DNA of 64,000 bases from the human T2T-CHM13v2.0 reference genome, Homo sapiens (GCF_009914755.1 NC_060944.1); one strand, 5' to 3'. Counted from the first letter of the stretch, positions 42,261-60,375 are shown. Program-made: numbers and translations. The notes: generated by a model from the letters alone, not told the origin.

Positions 42261-42762
42261 TCAACATGGGCAGATACGCTTAGAGGGGGAAGGATTTGTC
42301 CACTGTCACACGGCAGCAAGTGCCAGAGTAGAGACCATGAGGTCGTGTTCTTAATTTGTCATTACATGAAAAAGGGCTGTGAGAAGGAAGTTGGAGAAAC
42401 CTTTGAGAGACAGGGTGGCATGTAGGGGGCCAGAGACACCTCGCAGACACGTGCAGGAATGGACTTATTCAGCCTGGGATTTAAGAACAACCTGAAGAGA
42501 GTGTGCAAGACTTCATAGCTGCTGCACACACCTTTCTGGGGAGAGGGTTGACAGCTTTCACTGGATTCTTTAAAGGCACTCAACCCAAGCAAAGGATCAA
42601 AAACCTGGTCCTAGGTCAGGACGTCAACACAAAGATGTCTTCTCTGTGGAAAGTGTCTAGGTTGGGCTTGTCTTGGACTGTTGAGGCAGACTCACTCCCT
42701 CTCTCCAAAGATTCCAGGCCCCGGACTGGACCTGTAGATACCATACTCCCAAACCCGAGTCA

Positions 42763-42990
<228 letters not shown>

Positions 42991-44171
42991 TCACCCGCCT
43001 TTGATCCTCACAGCAGCCTCAAACAGATCTGAAAGATCTGATCCTTGTGCAGAGGGGGAAATAAATTCAGAACTTAGGTGACTTGTTCAAGTCTATGTAA
43101 CCAGAAAGTCCAGAATCCAGCCCATCCTGAAGACCAGAGCTGGGCAAAGGCAGCAGAGGGGCCAGACATGGGAACCAGGCAGAATGGCAGCCGGTGGGGG
43201 CGTGGGGGTGGGAGCCAAGAAAGCAACATCCCCCTCCGGCTGCCACCCTCTCCAGCCTTCCCCTCTGCACCCTACCCTGCTTGTTCCTCAGTCCCACTGG
43301 GAGCTGGCTACTCCAACATACCATGGAAGCTGTTCTTGGCACGATCCCTGACCACCATCTTGTTGTATCTAATGGATCTTTCCTAGCTCTGACCATAATC
43401 GACTTGCATAGCAGAATTTCACACTGTTGACTGTTTCTTGAAACCTTTTCCCTGGATTTCTGTGACACCACACTTTTGACTTTCCTCCTACTTGTCTCTT
43501 TTGCTGGTCCCTTAAATACCATTGTCCTTCTGGGTTCTATCCTAGGCCCTTCTTGCTCCACCACCTCCTGGGGCCACTGCTTCTCCTTCAGCCACCATAT
43601 CTGTGCAGATGACTCCTGGATCTTTTTCCAGCCCATGGTATACCCACATGCCTCCAAGAACCTCCACAGGTGCCACGTGTCCCTAAGGCAAGCCCCAAGA
43701 CCCCCTTGTCATCAGAACATCAGAGCCGAAGCCCCTCCCCTTCTCATATGCCTGGCAGATGGATAAGTGCTGGCCTGACCATGGTCACCCTGAGTTCTTG
43801 CTGTCCTTGTCTTGGGGAAGGCGGCTTTTTCCTAAGGCCTGATACTGCTCCTGTGGCTTGGCGACAGGACGGAAGGAGGGCCTTGACCCTGGTTAGACTC
43901 CAGGATGGGAGCCAGGCAGGGTGGAACAGACCCTCCGGTGGAAAGCTTCAAGATGGCGCTCAGGGGAATGCCCAGGGGTCCCAAGGGCCAGGTGTCAGGA
44001 AGAGAGAACATGCTGGCCAGAGGGACTCCTGCTTCCTATGCGATGCCCAGGGGGCAGAGTTGGGAGAATTGGAAGTGTGGAAGCTTCCCTCAGAGTAATG
44101 GAGCGTTCTGCTCCAGCTGATGAGCTGTAGGGCCCCAGCTCTGCTGGTTAGCAGCTGGGTAATCCCAGTCA

Positions 44172-44774
<603 letters not shown>

Positions 44775-44778
44775 TCAC

Positions 44779-44850
44779 CTCTTTTACTACTTCGGCCGAG
44801 CCCACCTCCCCGGCGTGGACAGTACGGTGAATGCCGCTCTTCACAGCCTC
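44779..44850 (-). CDS. ADA: ADA exon 7 (72 nt)
   Basis: [24 protein letters not shown]; HAGE contains His214 and Glu217. Confidence 0.98.
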
Positions 44851-45410
44851 CTGGAAGGGGGAGAGCCAGGTCATGGGTGCCCTAGCGGGAGGGCCCCGGC
44901 AGGCCCTGCCTTGACCATGCTGTGGAGATTGAACCATCCTAGTCATGCTGCCTGCTTCAACAGCATGGGGAAACCTGGTCTTTTACCCTCCAAGTCCTTA
45001 TCTAAGTGGTAGCTGTCACTCATTAGCCAGTTACCATGTGTCAGGTAGTATATGAAGTGACTTGTATACATTATCTAATATTCACAACTATTATCCCACC
45101 CATTTTATGATGAAGGACTGAAGCTCAGGAGATTCAAGTAATGTGACCAAGGTCAGACAGGAAGTGTGGAACCAAGCTCTGAGCCCGGGCAGTGGGACTC
45201 CAGAGCCCTGACTTCTCCACCATGCTGCACCCTCCACAGGAGGCCCATTCATCATCACGCTGGAAGCGACTTTTGAGATGTCGGCTCCAACTCAGTCATC
45301 CCAATAGAAGAAACAGAGGCCCAGAGAAGACACAGTGTTGCCCAGGTTCACACAGCAAATCACAGCCAGAAGCAGGCTCAGCACAGGACTCCCAACACCA
45401 AGTGGAGGCT

Positions 45411-45538
45411 TTTCTTTCTCTCTCCCTTCCTTCCTTCTTTCCTTCCTTCCTCCCTCCCTCCCTTCCTCTTTTTCCTTCCTTCCTCTCTTTCTTTCTCTTT
45501 CTTTTCTCTTTCTTCTTTCTTCCTTTTTTTTTTTTTTG
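45411..45538. repeat. Pure pyrimidine (CCTT/CTTT)n tract expanded from an Alu tail
   Basis: Direct reading. Confidence 0.9.
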
Positions 45539-45817
45539 AGACAGGGTCTCCCTCTGTCACCCAGGCTGGAGTGCAGTCGCATTATCACAGCTCACTGCAG
45601 CTTTGACTTCCTGGACTCAAGCAATTCTCCCACCTCAGCCTCCCAAGTAGCTGGGACTACAGGCATGCACCACCATGCCTGACTACTTTTTTTTGTATTT
45701 GCAGAGATGGATCTCACTATGTTGCCCTGGCTGGTCTCAAACTCCTAGGCTCAAGCAATCCTCCTGCCTCGCCTCCCAAAGTGCTGGGATCACAGGCATG
45801 AACCACCACGCCTGGCC
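45525..45817 (-). mobile_element. Alu (AluJ-like), ADA intron 6
   Basis: Alu consensus. Confidence 0.88.
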
Positions 45818-45934
45818 CAGGGGGATTCCAGTTCCAAGCCTTAAGACCCAACAAAGACACACTTCAGAACTCAGGAGACACCATGGTCCCTGGTTCTTGT
45901 GATTTCTCCCAACTATGGGTGGGAGACAAGCTCA

Positions 45935-46159
<225 letters not shown>

Positions 46160-46921
46160 CTACCTGCCTGCTGTCCCACCCAAACCCCCCATGGGAGGCC
46201 AGCACAAAACAGGGCTCAGTGTCTTCAAATCCTAACTGCTATGTCCTAACCACATGGCCTGCGGAAAACTGCTCTGCTTATGGCCTCAGTTTCCGCCCTT
46301 TTCAGAAAGAACCCTGCCAGCTATTGCACAGGGTCACGGCCAGGCTTTGCCGAGGCCATGTGTGTAAAGCACCAAGGACGGGGCCTGAGCTCAGTAAATG
46401 ACACGGACCCTTCTCTCACCTGGTGTTTCCAACAACACTCATGGTAGGCTTATTCCCATGCGCAGATGAGGAAACGGAGGACCGTTTAACACGTCATCTA
46501 AAATAGAACTCACACTAGTATTGGGAAGTATCTCGCTAATGTATTAGGTACTCTTAACCAATAAAGTTATTCTGAAGTGTTTAAGAAAGAATGAATGAAC
46601 ACAGGCTTTGGAACTAGATGTCCCCGGATACAAATCCAGGGTTTGTGCCTTGCAAGAGGCTGCACCTCACTCCACCTCAGTTTCCTCATCTGTCAAATGG
46701 GACTAAGCAATGGTAGTTCTGCTTTGCAGGCTGCTGCGAGGATTAGAGGAAATGCGTGCAGGTAGCTCTTTGGTTCTTACTAATCCTGAGGGTAGAGGAA
46801 TGAAGTAAGTGTGATCATCTCCTTGTGACAGTGCACAACTGAGGTGTCTTGGTGCATAACCAGAGCAGCAGTGTGACCTGCCCAATATCACACAGTGAGG
46901 CTGTGCACCATGAGGCACAAA

Positions 46922-47947
<1,026 letters not shown>

Positions 47948-48226
47948 GTGGCTAAGCAGGTTAACATTCCTGGACAGCAGGCCTGTGGCCAGAGCAAGAC
48001 ACAGCCAAACACTTGTGCCCAAGGTAAGAACATAACGGCAAAGGGAGGATGGGAACCACGTCTCTTGTGACAGAGTTAAACCCATCTTTCTGAGGCCATG
48101 GACCAGACTGGGGGCAAGAACAAGGTCTTGCTTGGGTCAGGGATTCCCAGCAGTTCGCCCTTCCAGTCTCAGAGCTGAGCCTCCCAGCCACACCCTCAGC
48201 ATGGCCCCTTCCAGGCCCATCACTCA

Positions 48227-48565
<339 letters not shown>

Positions 48566-48945
48566 TCACCCCTCCATCCTGGCCTGAATCACGCCATCTC
48601 TAACTGGCCTCCCTGTCTCCATGCTTGCCCCTGTCATCCTGTTCTCCACCCAGCAGTTGGGGCAATCTTTTAAGAAGGTAAATCAAAGCATATCACTTCT
48701 CCCCTCGAAGCCCCAGTAGCTTCCTGCCACGGAGAGTGACATCGCAACTCCCAGGTCCTGCCCACAAGGCCTGCATCCTCCAGGCCTTGCCAGCCTCCCC
48801 AGCACCTTCCTTCTCCCTCATTCCCTGAGGCCACCGGAGAAGACACAGGCCTGCTCTTCCCCGATACTGTCCTACACTGCGTCTCTCCCGCTCCCCTGGT
48901 TTAGAGCCAGCTGAAGCTTCACCTCCTCAGAGAGGCCTTCCCTGA

Positions 48946-49252
<307 letters not shown>

Positions 49253-50013
49253 CAGACCGCCTTATCTTAAAACGGCCCCTCCACCATTCTCCTGGGCTTT
49301 CTTTTTCTCCCAGGTCCTTATCACTACTCAACATTGTGTGTCATATGGCTTATCAGCCAGTTTGCTGTATTCCCTACTAGAATGCAGTCTCCATGTGGCA
49401 AGGACCCCTCTGTCTTGGGATGGCTGCGACCTCTCAGCTGAGGACCATGCCTAGGACAGAGTAGCCCAATATTTGTTGGTGATGGAGTTAAGGCTGGCAG
49501 GGAAGAGAAATGAGAGAAAAGGACACAGCTGGACAAGTCCAGAGGGATGCCTGGATGTGGGAGACACGTGGGATACAGTCATGGACTTGGATCCTTGTGC
49601 CCACACTTATCTGCTGTGTGACCCCTGGTTAGTCACCCTCTGACACCTAGGTCAAGGAGTTATTGCGGGGACAAATGAGTCAAACTTCATAAACCCCACC
49701 CGGGTCAGTGCTTGGAGCAGAGCGGACAAATGCTCAAAACATTTTCGTTGTTATTACTGCATGTTTGTTCCAGAAGCAAGGCACAAATTGGCCTGCCAGG
49801 GCCACTGTGTTGATCACGTAACGGTGGACTGTGCTTAGCTGGAAGTTCCCACCATGAAGAGTGAAAATGAAGTGGTTACTAGAATGTGTGAGGGAAGGCA
49901 CACAAGTGCTGGGAGAGCCCAGCGTGGGAAGAAAGTGCCCTGCCCAGGGGAGATCAGGCCACTCTCAGGAGAAGGGGTCACCAGAAGTTCTTGCATCTTC
50001 AGGATGAGGATGG

Positions 50014-50299
50014 AGGCCAGGCGCAGTGGCTCACGCCTGTAATCCCAGCATTTTGGGAGGCCGAGGCGGGCAGATCACCTGAGGTCAGGAATTCGAGACC
50101 AGCCTGGCAAACATAGTAAAACCCCATCTCTACTAAAAATACAAAACCATTAGTTGGGTGTGATGGTGGGTGCCTGTGATCCCAGCTACTTGGGAGGCTA
50201 AAGCAGGAGAATCCCTTAAACTGGGAGGTGGAGGTTGCAGTGAGCTGAGATCGCACCACTGCACTTCAGCCTGGGCAACAGAGTGAGACTCTGTCTCAA

Positions 50300-50334
<35 letters not shown>
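50014..50334 (+). mobile_element. Alu, ADA intron 3, with (TAAA)n tail
   Basis: Alu consensus. Confidence 0.92.
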
Positions 50335-50818
50335 AGCAGTCATGGAAATTTCTCTCTAGTACTCGCCCATACCCCTTCTGGGCCTTTTCGGTACCTAGTG
50401 CTGTTCCCTGGCGACTCAAGACAAGAAAAAGAAAAAGCCTTTTGGAGAATCTTCCCCACATCTCCCCGCCCCCACCCTATATTCAGGCCTCTCCTCCCCT
50501 CACAACACGAAGCCCTGAACTAGGAGATAGATGGCCCGGGTTCAAGCCCTGCACTGCCTCTGACCCTGTGTTCTTAGCTCCCATATTCTGCCATTTCTCT
50601 GTAGAACTTGAAGCAATTTCAGTCCATCACACCCACATCTCAGAAGGGAAAACTGAGGCCTAAAGGCACTGGAGAGACTCACTAAGTGTACACAATGGTG
50701 AGAAAGACAGCTGTGGTTTCAGAGCAACTTCTCTGGCCCCCACAGGCTGAGGGACAGGCCTGGTCCTAGTCATAGGGATCAATGCTGCCCTAGGACCTGT
50801 GGGTTGGGGGCAACTCAC

Positions 50819-50941
50819 GCGATAGCAGGCATGTAGTAGTCAAACTTGGCCAGGAAGTCTGGAAGGGTGAGCGGCTTGTCCATGCCAATGACGTTCAGCA
50901 GCCCCTCTGCTGTGTTAGCTGGGAGGGCGATCCCTCTCCTC
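50819..50941 (-). CDS. ADA: ADA exon 3 (123 nt)
   Basis: [40 protein letters not shown]; AG/GT boundaries. Confidence 0.97.
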
Positions 50942-51190
50942 CTGGAAACAAAACAGTGAGTGGTGGACCAACCCGGGGCAGGATCCAGGCAGGCCTGACA
51001 GGCCAGGATGGAGCAGACTCAGGAGCGCCAGCCTCCTTGCAGGACCACAGCAGGAGACATGGGCGTCTCTCAGTCCAGCTGCTCCCACTGGACAGATGGG
51101 GAAACTGAGAACCAGGACCGGAATTTTTCCAGCACCTTCTACCCCCAATGCACAAGTCAGCAAATCTCAAGGGGGATAAACAGGTTGAAG

Positions 51191-51232
51191 TGTGTGTGTG
51201 TGTGTGTGTGTATGTGTGCACACATGCACACA
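51191..51232. repeat. (TG)n/(CA)n microsatellite in ADA intron 2
   Basis: Direct reading. Confidence 0.9.
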
Positions 51233-51831
51233 CCCCCTCCATATCCTTGGTTGACTGATGCTTGGAGACAAGGAAAGTGCCAGGTCAAGTTCATGGCTTC
51301 CTCCTCAGCCCCAGGAGCTGGCTCAGCCAGCTGGTCCTATGCCCAGTCAGGGGTTATCAGGGGCAGTAACTGCAGCATCACAATTCCCAGGGTAGGGGCA
51401 GGCATCAGGACTTCACCCTCCATCTGGCTGGCACATCAGAGGCTTGCCCAGCCCAGCGCACTGGGAGAGGGCCGGTGGAGGCTCAGGGGAGGGGCCCAGT
51501 GGGCCGCCAGCCAGCTCAGACCTCTCTCCCCTCCCTGCCCACAGCCGCCACACCAAGCTGGACTACAGCAGCGCTCAGTAAGAGCGTGCTGGAAACAGCC
51601 CCTCTGGCTTGGAGCCTCCATTTCTCCCCAAGCATCTCGGCCTCCCCTCCCAGCCACGGGAAGCAGGGTGCGAGCTCAGGGGGGCTCCCTCTCTTCTGCA
51701 CACGCTCCTGCCTCCTCATCCCATCCCGGCTCTGCTCCAGCTCACAAGGTCACCTCGAGCCTCAGTTTCCCCCCCCTTTTTTTTTTAAGATACAACAGCC
51801 AGAGAACACCAGACATTAAGAAATGCTTCTA

Positions 51832-52800
51832 GGCTGGGCATGGTGGCTCACGCCTGTAATCCCAGCACTTTGGCCTCCCAGGCCAAGGTGCGAGGATCAT
51901 GAGGTCAGGAGATTGAGACTATCCTGGCCAACATGGTGAAACCCCGTCTCTACCAAAAATACAAAAATTAGTTGGGTGTGGTGGTGTGTGCCTGTAATCC
52001 CAGCTACTCAGGAGGCTGAGGCAGGAGAATCACTTGAACCAGGGAGTCAGAGGCTGTGGTGAGCCGAGATCATGCTACTGCACTCCAGCCTGGTGACAGA
52101 GCAAGACTCTGTATCACAAAAAAAAAAAGAAAAAAAAAAGAAATGCTTCTAACATGAGGGACAAAACAACAGAATAGACAAAAGCACTCCGAGGAAACAG
52201 CACAGAGAACAGATGAAAACCTAAGAACCAAAACAAAAAAGACATGAATATCCTCAAAGAGATGAGAAGATCCTTGAAAGGAGGGAACATTCAGAACCCA
52301 AGAACGAGCTCTCGGAAATTTACAAGAGAATGCGGCAGCAACTGTCACGATGTAAGAAAAGAACTGGAAGCTAAAAGTGAAGAAATCCTCCACAAAGTAG
52401 AACAAAAAGACAAGATGATGAAAAATAGGAGTAAACAGTTAAGGAAATTAGAAGATTAAATCAGGAGGTCCAAGCATCCAATTATCCACAAAGCAGAAGC
52501 AGAAAAATAGGAGGCCGGGTGCAGTGGCTCATACCTGTAATCACAGTACTTTGGGAAGCCAAGGCTGGCGGATCACTTAAGCCCAGGAGTTTGAAACCAG
52601 CCTGGGCAACACAGTGAAACCCCTTCAAAACAAAAATTCACCAGGCGTGGTGGCGTGCACCTGTAGTCCCAGCTACTTGGGAGGCTAAGGTGGGAGGACC
52701 ACCTGAGCCTGGAAGTCAAGGCTACTGCGGGCCAAGATTGCACCACTGCACTCCAGCTTGGGTGACAGAGCAAGACCCTGTCTCAAAAAAATAAAAAAGA
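51832..52800 (+). mobile_element. Two Alus (51832-52140, 52512-52800) with an A-rich L1 ORF1-like remnant between them
   Basis: Alu consensus; aagaaatgcttcta TSD; degraded coiled-coil-like ORF at 52244-52459. Confidence 0.8.
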
Positions 52801-54457
52801 ATAAAGGAGGAAAGTGCCAAAGAAACAGAAGTTTGACCAAATAGTGTTTTAGTGTATGTAAGTAAGTTTGTAAGTCCTTTAATAGCTTCTGTTACTAAAA
52901 TATTAAAATGCTTCCCTACATAAATATGTTTCCTAAGCCCCCTGAATGTGCTCCCTTCCCCATCTGTTAGCCCAAGTCCCCATGAGTGCCCAGAGGGTAC
53001 CACCAAGGGGTCATGCTGGTGCCCACCAGCCTGCTAGTCAGCCCCTAATCACTGCTCCTTACCAGCCCCTAATCCCTGTAAGAGCCTGCAGGGGAACGGT
53101 GCCCTGGTGCGGCATTGGCACCTGGAGGTCGGAGCTCAGTGCCTCAGGTACCCCTGAGACTGCTTCCCCTCCCACTGCTGGCCAGCTGCCCCAAAGTCAC
53201 CCTCACAAGGCCTTGCCCAGTAACTGTGGCCGCTGAAGAGCCTGTACCAGTTGTCAAACACTGTTGGGGATATCACTCTGGGAACTGCTGGGTAGAAGGC
53301 AGGGAGATGACACTAGGGCTCTGGCTCCCATATTGCCAAACCCAGTGGCCACATTTGCCTGGGACCTGCTGCGCCAGCCATGTGCGATTCTCCTAATGGT
53401 CTCCCTCCAGCCCCCAGGACTCCACCTGCGGGGGCTCTGCCCTCTGGTCGTTCTCTCTCAGACTCTGCCTTTTACACACCTGGCCAGGCCAACTCATCTC
53501 CTTTGGTGGTTTTCAGCTCCGGATCCAGAGGTCCACAGCTTCTAATTCTCTATGCCCACACACCACCACTGAGGGCCTGTGATGTGCTGGGCACTGGGCA
53601 GATAGCAGTGACCAAGACAGACCCATGTGTCTGGCTACCTGTTGAGAGGCAGGCATCTCGCGCCACCTTTCCCCTCCCTCTAGATCACTCCCTTCCTGGG
53701 TTCCACATTTCCAAATACGGCTCCTCCATCTACCCAGCTGCCCACACCAGAGACGGGCGCCTCCCCGTGCCCAGCACCAGCCCGTCCCCAAGAACAAATT
53801 ATTTTGCTTTCTATTTCTCCTCTTTGATTCTTCTTCTCCAGCCTCCCTCCTCAACAACCATCAAGAAGGAACTTCTCAACACAGAGTTTAGACAGAGCAG
53901 CCAGGGAAGGCCTCTCTGAGGAGGTGACATTTCAGCAGAAGCCTTGGGGTGGGGGCAGTTCTGGGCAGGGGAGGGGTCTGTACTAAAGCTGCAGGCAGGA
54001 AGCCGCGGGCATTGGAAGTGCAGGGTGGCTGGAGGTCAGAGAGCAGGCATTTGTGCAGATGATGCACCAGGGAGGCAGGGCCAGGCTGGGCTTAGGAAGG
54101 GACTGGGGCTTTGGCTGAAAGCACTGGGAAGGCACTGTAGGATTTCAAGCAGGGGACTAGCATGAAATAATTTACCTTTTTGAAAGCTCCTCTGGCTGCT
54201 GCGTGGGAAACAAATTGGAGGGAAGCCAGAGCTGAGGCCAGAGAGCTAATGTGGGGGCCCGACAGGAGACAAAGAGCACAGGGGACTCCCAGTGTCTCCC
54301 ATGGGACACAGCTTCCCGAAGCTGCTCAGACTGAGCTGGAAAGCGCCCATCTGGAGCCCAAAGTTGAAGCAGGAAAGAGCTGTTCCTAGGGCCCTGGCAC
54401 CTCTTGCTGTCCCTGGCCACCCACACAAGCGAAGGCTCCTCATAGGGCCACCCTCTG

Positions 54458-54775
<318 letters not shown>

Positions 54776-57387
54776 TGATCCCTACTCCCTGGTCAGCCAC
54801 AGCTGCTGTGCTGGGGCACTGTCTGGTCCTCTTCCGGCCTTGGTGGGCAACACAGTCACAAGAAGCCCACCATCAGGAGCCCAGGGAGGGAGGGAGGATG
54901 AGCGCAGGGGTTGCAGGTCAAGTCCATCTCCCACCCCTATTTACCACATCATCCCAGGCAGGAGCGCTCCCCTCTAAGGCCCTTGGTGCCCTTGTCAGTA
55001 AAACATAATATTTTCCATGTAGGGGTGCACAGAGGAAGAAATGAAACTTTGTGTGTCATGAGAAAGAGCAGACTCTGAAGCCCAGTGGTCTGGGTTTGAA
55101 TCCCAGCTCTGTGACTTAAAGGCTGTGTGACCTTGGGCAAGTAACCCAGACTCTCTGTTTCCTAGGTCTGGCATGTTTGAAAAACATCCAGTGTGGACTA
55201 AGCAAGGAGCCTTAGAGAGGTCAGAGAGGCAATGCAGGCTTTGCAGAACTTTAAGGCCCATGTGTGGACTTTGGCTTTGACTCTGAGTGAGATGGGGAAG
55301 CTGGGGAATGAGCTGGGAAGACCATGGGTTAAGGCTCTTGCTCCAACTACAGCACTGCAGGGCCCGTAGAGAGGAAGGCCAGAGTAGATGGCTGAGACCA
55401 ATCAGGAGGCCACAGCACCAGGGAGGGGCAGTGGTGGCCCAGACCAGGGCAGTGATCGGAGGAAAGAGCAGCCAGTTTCAGAATCTCTGTAGAAATAGTT
55501 GACAGGGTTATAAACAAGACTGAGAAAGAGGTTGGAGAGGCCCCTGAAAAGGCCAGAATCCTGGGAACTGGAGGAAGGAGAAATGGGTGAGGACAGTTAA
55601 TGAGGCAGGCCTGAGTCCCAGAGCTGGAAAAAGGGCCACTGAATTGGGCCTAGCAGGGCTCAGGCCAGGGGCTCCCCTCCTCCTTCCATTCTTAGCCCAT
55701 ATTTGTGTGCATTTACAGACACCCATATCTGAGTGTGACAAACTCCCCAGTCCCCTGCCTGCTGACTTCAGGCCAAGCTCCAGCTGGCACCTGCCGCACG
55801 CCATCTCCAAGGCCCAGAGGTGGTGTGAGGAATGGACGATCAGACCAGTGCCCCTCCCGGCGGCTCCTTTCCCCTTTCTCTTAGCCCCACCCGGCGCTCC
55901 CAGCCCCTGGCTGCAGCTGATGAGCCCTCCGTGACCCCTTAATGAGTGCCTGGGTTCGATCTCATCTTGGTGCCCCACTGAACGACCTCATTAGGGGCCT
56001 TGTGGCAAGTTGGCGGCTTGACATGGGCAAAGGCCAGGCAGAGATAAGCCAAGAGGTTTCACCCCACTTAGAGATATAAGCTCCAATTAATAAGAATATT
56101 ATCATTAAGTGACATTTATGGAGCACATTAATGTGTGCTAGGCCCTGAACTAAGCATTTTACGGGCATCACTTACCAAAACCTCTAACTGACAGGGGGTA
56201 ATGGCCAGGGCCATGGACTCGGGGGCAGACTATCTGGGTTCAAACCTCCGCCCTGTGCTTACTGGGCACCTTACTCCACCTACCACGGCTCAGTCTCCTC
56301 ATCTGTAAATGACGGCAATAGAGTTCCTATCTTACAAATTGTTGTGAGGCTTCAATAACTTAACCCGGGTAACGCACTTAAAGGAGTGTTTGGCACACAG
56401 GAGGTGCTACTGTGCTTATGCCTTGCAGTTAAATAGGAATTAAATCAATGGCAGCTTCCTGGGGCAGAAGAAGGTCCCTGGAAGTGTGAAAAGATGGAGA
56501 ATAGTGGACTTACCAGAAATCTCTCAGGGAGTTGGTGGAGATGCTCCCGAGAGTTGGGGGCAACCCCCCGGGATCCCTCATTCTCTCCATGAGGGCAGGC
56601 CTCTGAATAACAGGATTCTGGCTTATGGAGCAGAAATGTTCAAATTTGGGTCCCGAGCTGAATTTCAAGACTGTGACAGAGAGGCTGAGTTCTTTCAGCT
56701 CCAAACAAAATGAGTGTTGTGCAAACATCCGAGGAACACAGGTCTGCGGGGGCAGGGCTGGGTGGACAAGGAGCCCCTAGCTCCTAGGTCATCTCTCTAG
56801 GGAGGGCCTGTTCTTAGCCTCAGTTGATAGAGACCAAGTTCGCAGACAGGAGATAATATGTCCAAATTTGAATCCAGATCCACTGGCCTTTAAAGTCCCT
56901 GCCCTTAAAAGCTGGTCCTAAGAGAGGAGCTGCTGTGAGCCCTTGAGGTCTGGGTAGGAAGGGAAGAACCTTCCTCGCTGGGGAACAGGGGGACCCTCTG
57001 GCCCCCTAGCATCTCTGAGAGCTGAGGCAGGAAGTGTGTTCTCACTTGGAAGATGCAGAGATTTAGGCCCAGAGTTGGGGAGCCACTTTTCCGTGACTCC
57101 TAGCAGGTTATGACCCTGATGATGTAGTAAAGCCTTAGGGGTCAGACAGCCTTGGGTTCAACTCTTGATCTGCTATTAATTTGTGTGACCGTGGACAACT
57201 GTCTTGGCTGAGCCCATTCCCTCCTCAGTAAAATGCAGAGAGCGTATCCTCCTCTTCCAAGCGTGGAGGAATTCAATGAGCTGATAAAGCCCAGCCCAGC
57301 TCTAGGAGATGCTCAAGAAATTGTACTGGCATCTCATGTGAGCACATCACCTGCTATATATAGGCTCTCAGTTAAGTCAAAAGACAG

Positions 57388-57685
<298 letters not shown>

Positions 57686-57997
57686 GACGGATTCAGCCCT
57701 GGGAACTACCTTCATGCACGTATGTGGGTGGGTGGGGAGAGCAGGCTCAGGCCTGGCTCACCTGACACCAGGAGGACAAGACTCAGAGGCCCAGAAAGCT
57801 CAGGAGTTGGTCTGCGGGTCTGCAGCTCAGTGCCGAGGCCTCCATGTCCTCACAGTCCCACTTCTGGCCTGGAGCTGGCTTGATTCCCACAGGGAGACAG
57901 GAAGGAACAGTGACCCTGGAATTCCCCAGGGGCCTCTGGGTGGAGCTGGGGACCCCACTCAAATCCCAGGGAGAGAGGGCTCTTCTGTATGGACTTA

Positions 57998-58120
<123 letters not shown>

Positions 58121-58574
58121 TCACGAAGGACCTTTCAGAGCTTAATGTTAACATTAATCATGATAACCATTAGCCACCATTTTACTGGCTGGCTGCTGAC
58201 CCCATATACTTCGGTAAACTCTGTACTGCACTATCTCATTTAATCCGCTCCTGGGATGTGGGTTCAGCTGTTATCTCGATCTCTTTCACAATTGAGGACA
58301 CTGAGGTTCGGAGGTGTTAAATATCTCATCCAAGGCCACACAGATTGCAAGTAATAGAGGCAGGAGCCCAACCCAGTATCTTTGTTCTTAATCGCAGCTG
58401 GTGAGTGGCAGAGGCGGAATTCTAACCCAAGCCCAATTCCAAAGCTTGTGCTCCAGGTCACGTAGGCAGCTCCCGCTCTCAGCCAACTAAATAAACTACT
58501 TTAACAAAAGGGATTGACCCAGATGTCCCAAACTAGGGAAGAGTCACAGCATATTTCAAAATTCAGGATCCATT

Positions 58575-58876
<302 letters not shown>

Positions 58877-60065
58877 CAGGCTCCATTTTCAAAAGCAGAT
58901 GCTACTCAAGCATAGCCTATCAGGAATCAATATTAGGCAACGGAAGATCTTTCTAGTACTCTAGAGTTTAAGAGTAGGATCCTTGGAGGCAGCCCATCTG
59001 GCTTGACTCCCAGTTCTGCTGTGTGACCTCAGACAAGACACTTGACCTCTCTGAGCCTCAGTTTCCTCAACTGAAAAACAATGGAATATTATGCCCCCGT
59101 GTCCAAGAAAAATTGTAAGGATTAAAAAGGGCAGTGTAGGTGGACATGGATAGCCCAAAGGAAACAGCCCCTGCCGCTCAGTCAGGGTGTTTACCATGAG
59201 CTGTTAGGAGAAGCACAGCAGGCAGTGGGAGATGGTGGGGAAAGGGACTTTGCTGTTCCTGCTGTTCCTGTTCCAAATGATGGAAGCTTTCCCCCTAGCT
59301 AGGGGAGATCCAGAAAACTCTCAGCTGACATCTCATGCTGGGGTGGGGAGCATGGAGAGCTGGATAAGAAAGTTGGCTGCCCTGGCTCAGGGAGGAACAG
59401 CCAAGGAGCTGCTGGCCCAAGGGCGTCTAGGAGCACATACATGAGCTGCCTCCTGCAGAGGAAACCCAACCCAGGCCCAGGGGAGGCCAGCAGGGAACAG
59501 AGACACCAGAGGTCCTATCAGCAGGACCTCAGAGTCATCAGATCTCTCCTGAGGTCATCCAGCTGGCAGGGGACAGAGCGGTCTTCACACCCAGTCTCAG
59601 GGCCAACTTAGTTGTTGAATTCCCTGACAAAATGAGTTCAGTTCCCACCCAGCCAAACGTCTGTTTCTCGGGTTCTCAAAATATGCTCAGCATTGGGAAT
59701 ACTGAAGCTTATAGCCCAGGGAACGGCCAACCAGCTGTGTGACCTCAGGCAAGGGACCTCAACTCTCTGAGCCTCTGTTTTCTATCCTTAACCCTCACAG
59801 GGCTATGGAGAGGGCCCAGCCAGAGAGCCGGAGTCACACTGTATAGAGCATCATGCGGTTAGAGCTGGAATCTCGGCTCCTCCACTCACTCCCTGCTTGA
59901 CCCTGAGAAAGTCACTTCACTTCCTGTGCCTCGGCATCCTCATCTGTTAAGTGGGGAGAATGGCAGTCCTTCCTTCTAGGCTTCATGAGGGTTAACTGCA
60001 TTAGTAGGCAGGGAGTTCTTGGCACATAGCAAATGCTAAATAGTTGTCAACTAAAAGTCAATGAA

Positions 60066-60375
<310 letters not shown>

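Noticed and set aside
51008-51832. 274-aa ORF antisense to ADA intron 2
   Set aside because: It runs through a (TG)n repeat, is low-complexity and has no recognisable homology.
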